Positions 28,560-30,698 of a DNA stretch of 30,698 nucleotides are shown one piece after another. This DNA comes from an uncultured Candidatus Saccharibacteria bacterium (GTDB lineage Bacteria; Patescibacteriota; Minisyncoccia; UBA6257; JAKLIH01): the NCBI GenBank assembly GCA_964520445.1, contig CAZFNU010000001.1, positions 1-30,698 of the forward strand, in the 5' to 3' direction. The translations under genes were made by a program, and so were the position numbers. The notes beneath the pieces are model-generated. The model was not told the DNA's origin. It saw only the letters and a program-made list of their open reading frames with translations, and made no database searches. Position 1 is the stretch's first letter; every line of letters starts with the position of its first letter.

Positions 28560-28588
28560 ATTGTATCATAATTCATTTTATTTATCAA
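28560..28588 (-). promoter_or_regulatory. sigma70 promoter of the recombinase
   Basis: Minus strand TTGATA (28588-28583)-17-TACAAT (28565-28560) with extended TG; predicted +1 near 28553-28554. Confidence 0.7.
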
Positions 28589-28793
28589 GTTTGCCCTGTT
28601 TATTTTTCATATTAGAGTTAAAATACTCATCGTTCGGCTTTTTGTAATACTCTGGATGATTTCGCATATCAATCTGTAGGAGTAAATTAAAAAAATCAAA
28701 GAGCTCATCGCCATTAGCTGAAGATTCTTTTTCTAGTCTAAAGTCAACTATTTTTTCTGTCTCTTGATTTTTATATATTTGTTCTCCTAGCAT
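28578..28793 (-). CDS. Small hypothetical protein upstream of the recombinase (71 aa)
   Basis: Open ORF co-directional with its neighbours; FFNLLLQIDMRNHPEYY resembles small ORFs I associate with CPR recombinase loci (from memory, unverified). Confidence 0.6.
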   Translation of the reverse strand: MLGEQIYKNQETEKIVDFRLEKESSANGDELFDFFNLLLQIDMRNHPEYYKKPNDEYFNSNMKNKQGKLDK

Positions 28794-28805
28794 ACAATTA
28801 TTTTA

Positions 28806-29219
28806 TTATTCTTTACTATTTTTGTGTCTTTCGGCAATATCTGTCAGTGCTTCTGCTATCTCTCTTAGATTATCTCGCTTAGTTTCGTCAACTGTTTCAA
28901 CTCGATCACCAAATTCTTCTCTACGTTTGCATTTCAAGTATTTGAATGCTATATCTGGGTCATCTAGGTGTTCAATAATAGTTCGCCTTGCTTTCAATAT
29001 TGGGGTTTGTTTCAACAGCGTTTTTCGCTCCAGAAACCCAGGATGTTGTACTTGATAATTATATAGTGTAGATTCAGAAATATTCGCATAAAAACAACTC
29101 TCTTTGTCGGTTCCATCAAGTGCGAAAACCTCTTCTAGTTTCTGGAGTGTTTCTTTTGTCATTTTTGTTGGTCGCCCCACAATATTTTCTTTTTTTATTA
29201 AATTTTGATTTTCCTCCAT
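28806..29219 (-). CDS. Phage terminase small subunit-like HTH protein (137 aa)
   Basis: GRPTKMTKETLQKLEEVF..TDKESCFYANISESTLYNY..PGF.E..LK.TP.LKARRTI..KYLKCK..EEF, a TerS-like pattern. Confidence 0.7.
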   Translation of the reverse strand: MEENQNLIKKENIVGRPTKMTKETLQKLEEVFALDGTDKESCFYANISESTLYNYQVQHPGFLERKTLLKQTPILKARRTIIEHLDDPDIAFKYLKCKRREEFGDRVETVDETKRDNLREIAEALTDIAERHKNSKE

Positions 29220-29489
29220 TTTTTTAATTTTAATCTTAATTATAACAAAATCTTTTTCTATTCTTTTATATATCCCTAGATTAGGAAACTCGGATTGAAG
29301 CCCCCCTTACCCCCACAGAGAAAAAATAGGTTTGTTTCTTTTGTTGAAACTAGTTGTGAGAGTAAGGACTTTCCAAGCTTTATATATCCCTGAGATTGAG
29401 GTCTCCTCGTATAAGCTTAGCCTTCTGAACTTTTTTTAATTCGCACTCAGAATCTATCCCCTTACGAATAACTCATAAAATTGAGTTTG

Positions 29490-29549
29490 TAGCGAGATTG
29501 GGACTCGAACCCAATATTATTGATTTGTGTTACCGTTACACCACTCGCT
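29490..29549 (-). ncRNA. tRNA-like element lacking the anticodon arm
   Basis: AGCGAG-TG-GTGT(aacggta)ACAC D-arm, 11-nt A-rich linker, ATTGGG-TTCGAGT-CCCAAT T-arm, CTCGCT-A. Confidence 0.65.
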
Positions 29550-29651
29550 TTTTTGCTGATTTTGACATTTAAGCCTATCTATTATTTGTTTTAATATATT
29601 TATCCTATTTTGATATTTTGATCAGTTTTAAGTCATTTTGACCCCCTAAAA

Positions 29652-29879
29652 CTACTCGCCACAGCAGGCTTGGGGGGTGTTTCGAGTATAAAGAAATCTA
29701 AGGATTTGCTTTTTATCGTTTTTATCGTATTCCTCAGGGTTGACCAGTTCTTCAAAGTTCTTTTTTATAACCCTTTTATCGAAGTGTCTTTTTCTGACAA
29801 CATTAGCTATACAGATAGAGTCTGTTCAATAAGGATTTAATGCTTTTGTTTTTAGAAAATTTGCCTTTAATGATTTCAT
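29652..29879 (-). CDS. Small phage-type hypothetical protein (75 aa, table 4)
   Basis: MKSLKANFLKTKALNPY-W(TGA 29828)-TDSICIANVV..NFEELVNPEEYDKNDKKQILRFL; TAG 29652-29654. Not in the ORF track. Confidence 0.7.
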
Positions 29880-29977
29880 AAGTAAAGATTATTTTTTTAT
29901 TAATTAAAATACACTATGCATAAGATAGCATAGCGTATTCATTTTATTATCATTTTTTTTACTTTTTTAGTACCCTT

Positions 29978-30697
29978 CTAAATGATTAATCTTCAAAAAT
30001 CCTGTTCAACACTCTCTATTATTTTCTTTTTGAAATATTTTCGTAATGATTTATTTGTATTGATTTTGCTTATATATTTTGTTATTGTATCTGGTTGAAT
30101 GGAACGATTACATCCAGTTGCATTTTTAATTTCTTCACGGTCAATGTTTGTTTTTGGATTGTTAATAAATAATTCCAGAATTTTTTTGAGTCGATATTCT
30201 AAATCAATTGCTTTGTTATTTAGTATTATGTCATTATTATCTCATATTTGAAACCCTTTATATTCCTTAACGATAAAACGTGGTTTTGTCTTGTGGTATT
30301 TATTATAATTATCGATTTTTTTAATCAAAGTGTCTCTACTGTCAATTAGTTTTTGTGTGTAACCAATATCCATTCACATATCTTTTTGTAAAGTGAGATG
30401 CTCGACAATACTATTTATACTTTTGCTTAAGTTTTTGATAAATTTATCATTTTCGAGATGAATATCAATAATGTATTGGTTGTCATAAATTTTATTATTT
30501 TCCGATGTAGTTATAATAAGTTTAATTTTTTCCGCTATTATAGGATCTACATATTTATCGAAGAAATCAGAATTAATAAGATTTATTCAATTATAATATG
30601 CTATATAAATACCACCTGTATCACAAAATAAAGTTACAGAATTATTATCGTCAATTCTATTTTTTATTTCATTTCCTTCGCTAATTAATGAATCAAT
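29978..30697 (-). CDS. Partial (5'-truncated by window) protein with C-terminal OmpR/PhoB-like winged-helix domain
   Basis: 240 codons open only under table 4 (four TGA). C-terminal LKKILELFINNPKTNIDREEIKNA..DTITKYISKIN..IESVEQDF-W-RLII fits a Trans_reg_C-like wHTH. Confidence 0.7.
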
Positions 30698-30698
30698 A

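Larger units (their letters stand above)
26908..30698 (-). mobile_element. Integrated phage-related element (prophage remnant or satellite) at tRNA-Asn; right end outside the window
   Basis: Large serine recombinase abutting/overlapping the tRNA 3' half, terminase-small-subunit-like gene, phage-like small ORFs, all on the minus strand. The second att copy is not in the window. Confidence 0.8.

Noticed and set aside
29911-29936. ACGCTATGC/GCATAGTGT hairpin (minus strand) after the wHTH gene
   Set aside because: Most simply a terminator for the upstream gene; nothing unusual.
138-30697. UGA=Gly (table 25), selenocysteine or programmed readthrough
   Set aside because: Conserved-position residues are Trp, TGA alternates with TGG in repeats, and the codons are too many and in non-redox proteins, with no SECIS-like hairpins noticed.

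Overview
AT-rich bacterial chromosome window that only makes sense if TGA is read as tryptophan (translation table 4). About 41 in-frame TGA codons (hand count) join the fragments in the supplied ORF track into full-length genes, and many fall on family-conserved Trp positions: DEIQxxxxW, G-x-x-PWYWF, RxxWID, xCWP, GxW-x-GxxPxGY. Every real stop I found is TAA or TAG. The gene content looks like Patescibacteria/CPR, Parcubacteria (Minisyncoccia)-type; this is an inference from peptidoglycan-binding surface proteins, a CAP protein plus sortase, DUF5667/DUF5673-like proteins, tRNA-Arg(GCG) and SD-less native genes. The well-known recoded CPR lineages read UGA as Gly instead. Contents in order: membrane protein; tRNA-Arg; three orphan genes; tRNA-Ser; COG1373 ATPase; two orphan cassettes; two ECF sigma factors; hicB-hicA between duplicated ECF promoters; anti-sigma-like gene; three secreted/surface proteins; a helical-repeat protein; a 991-aa stalk-domain protein; a RelE-like toxin with an HTH-Panacea antitoxin; tRNA-Ala; a candidate three-hairpin sRNA; CAP protein; sortase; a 1341-aa secreted protein; acyltransferase-3; tRNA-Asn. 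The window ends in an integrated element carrying a large serine recombinase with a pseudoknot-like 5' leader, a terminase-small-subunit-like gene, an anticodon-less tRNA-like RNA and a wHTH protein. All counts and folds were done by eye, and no database searches were run.
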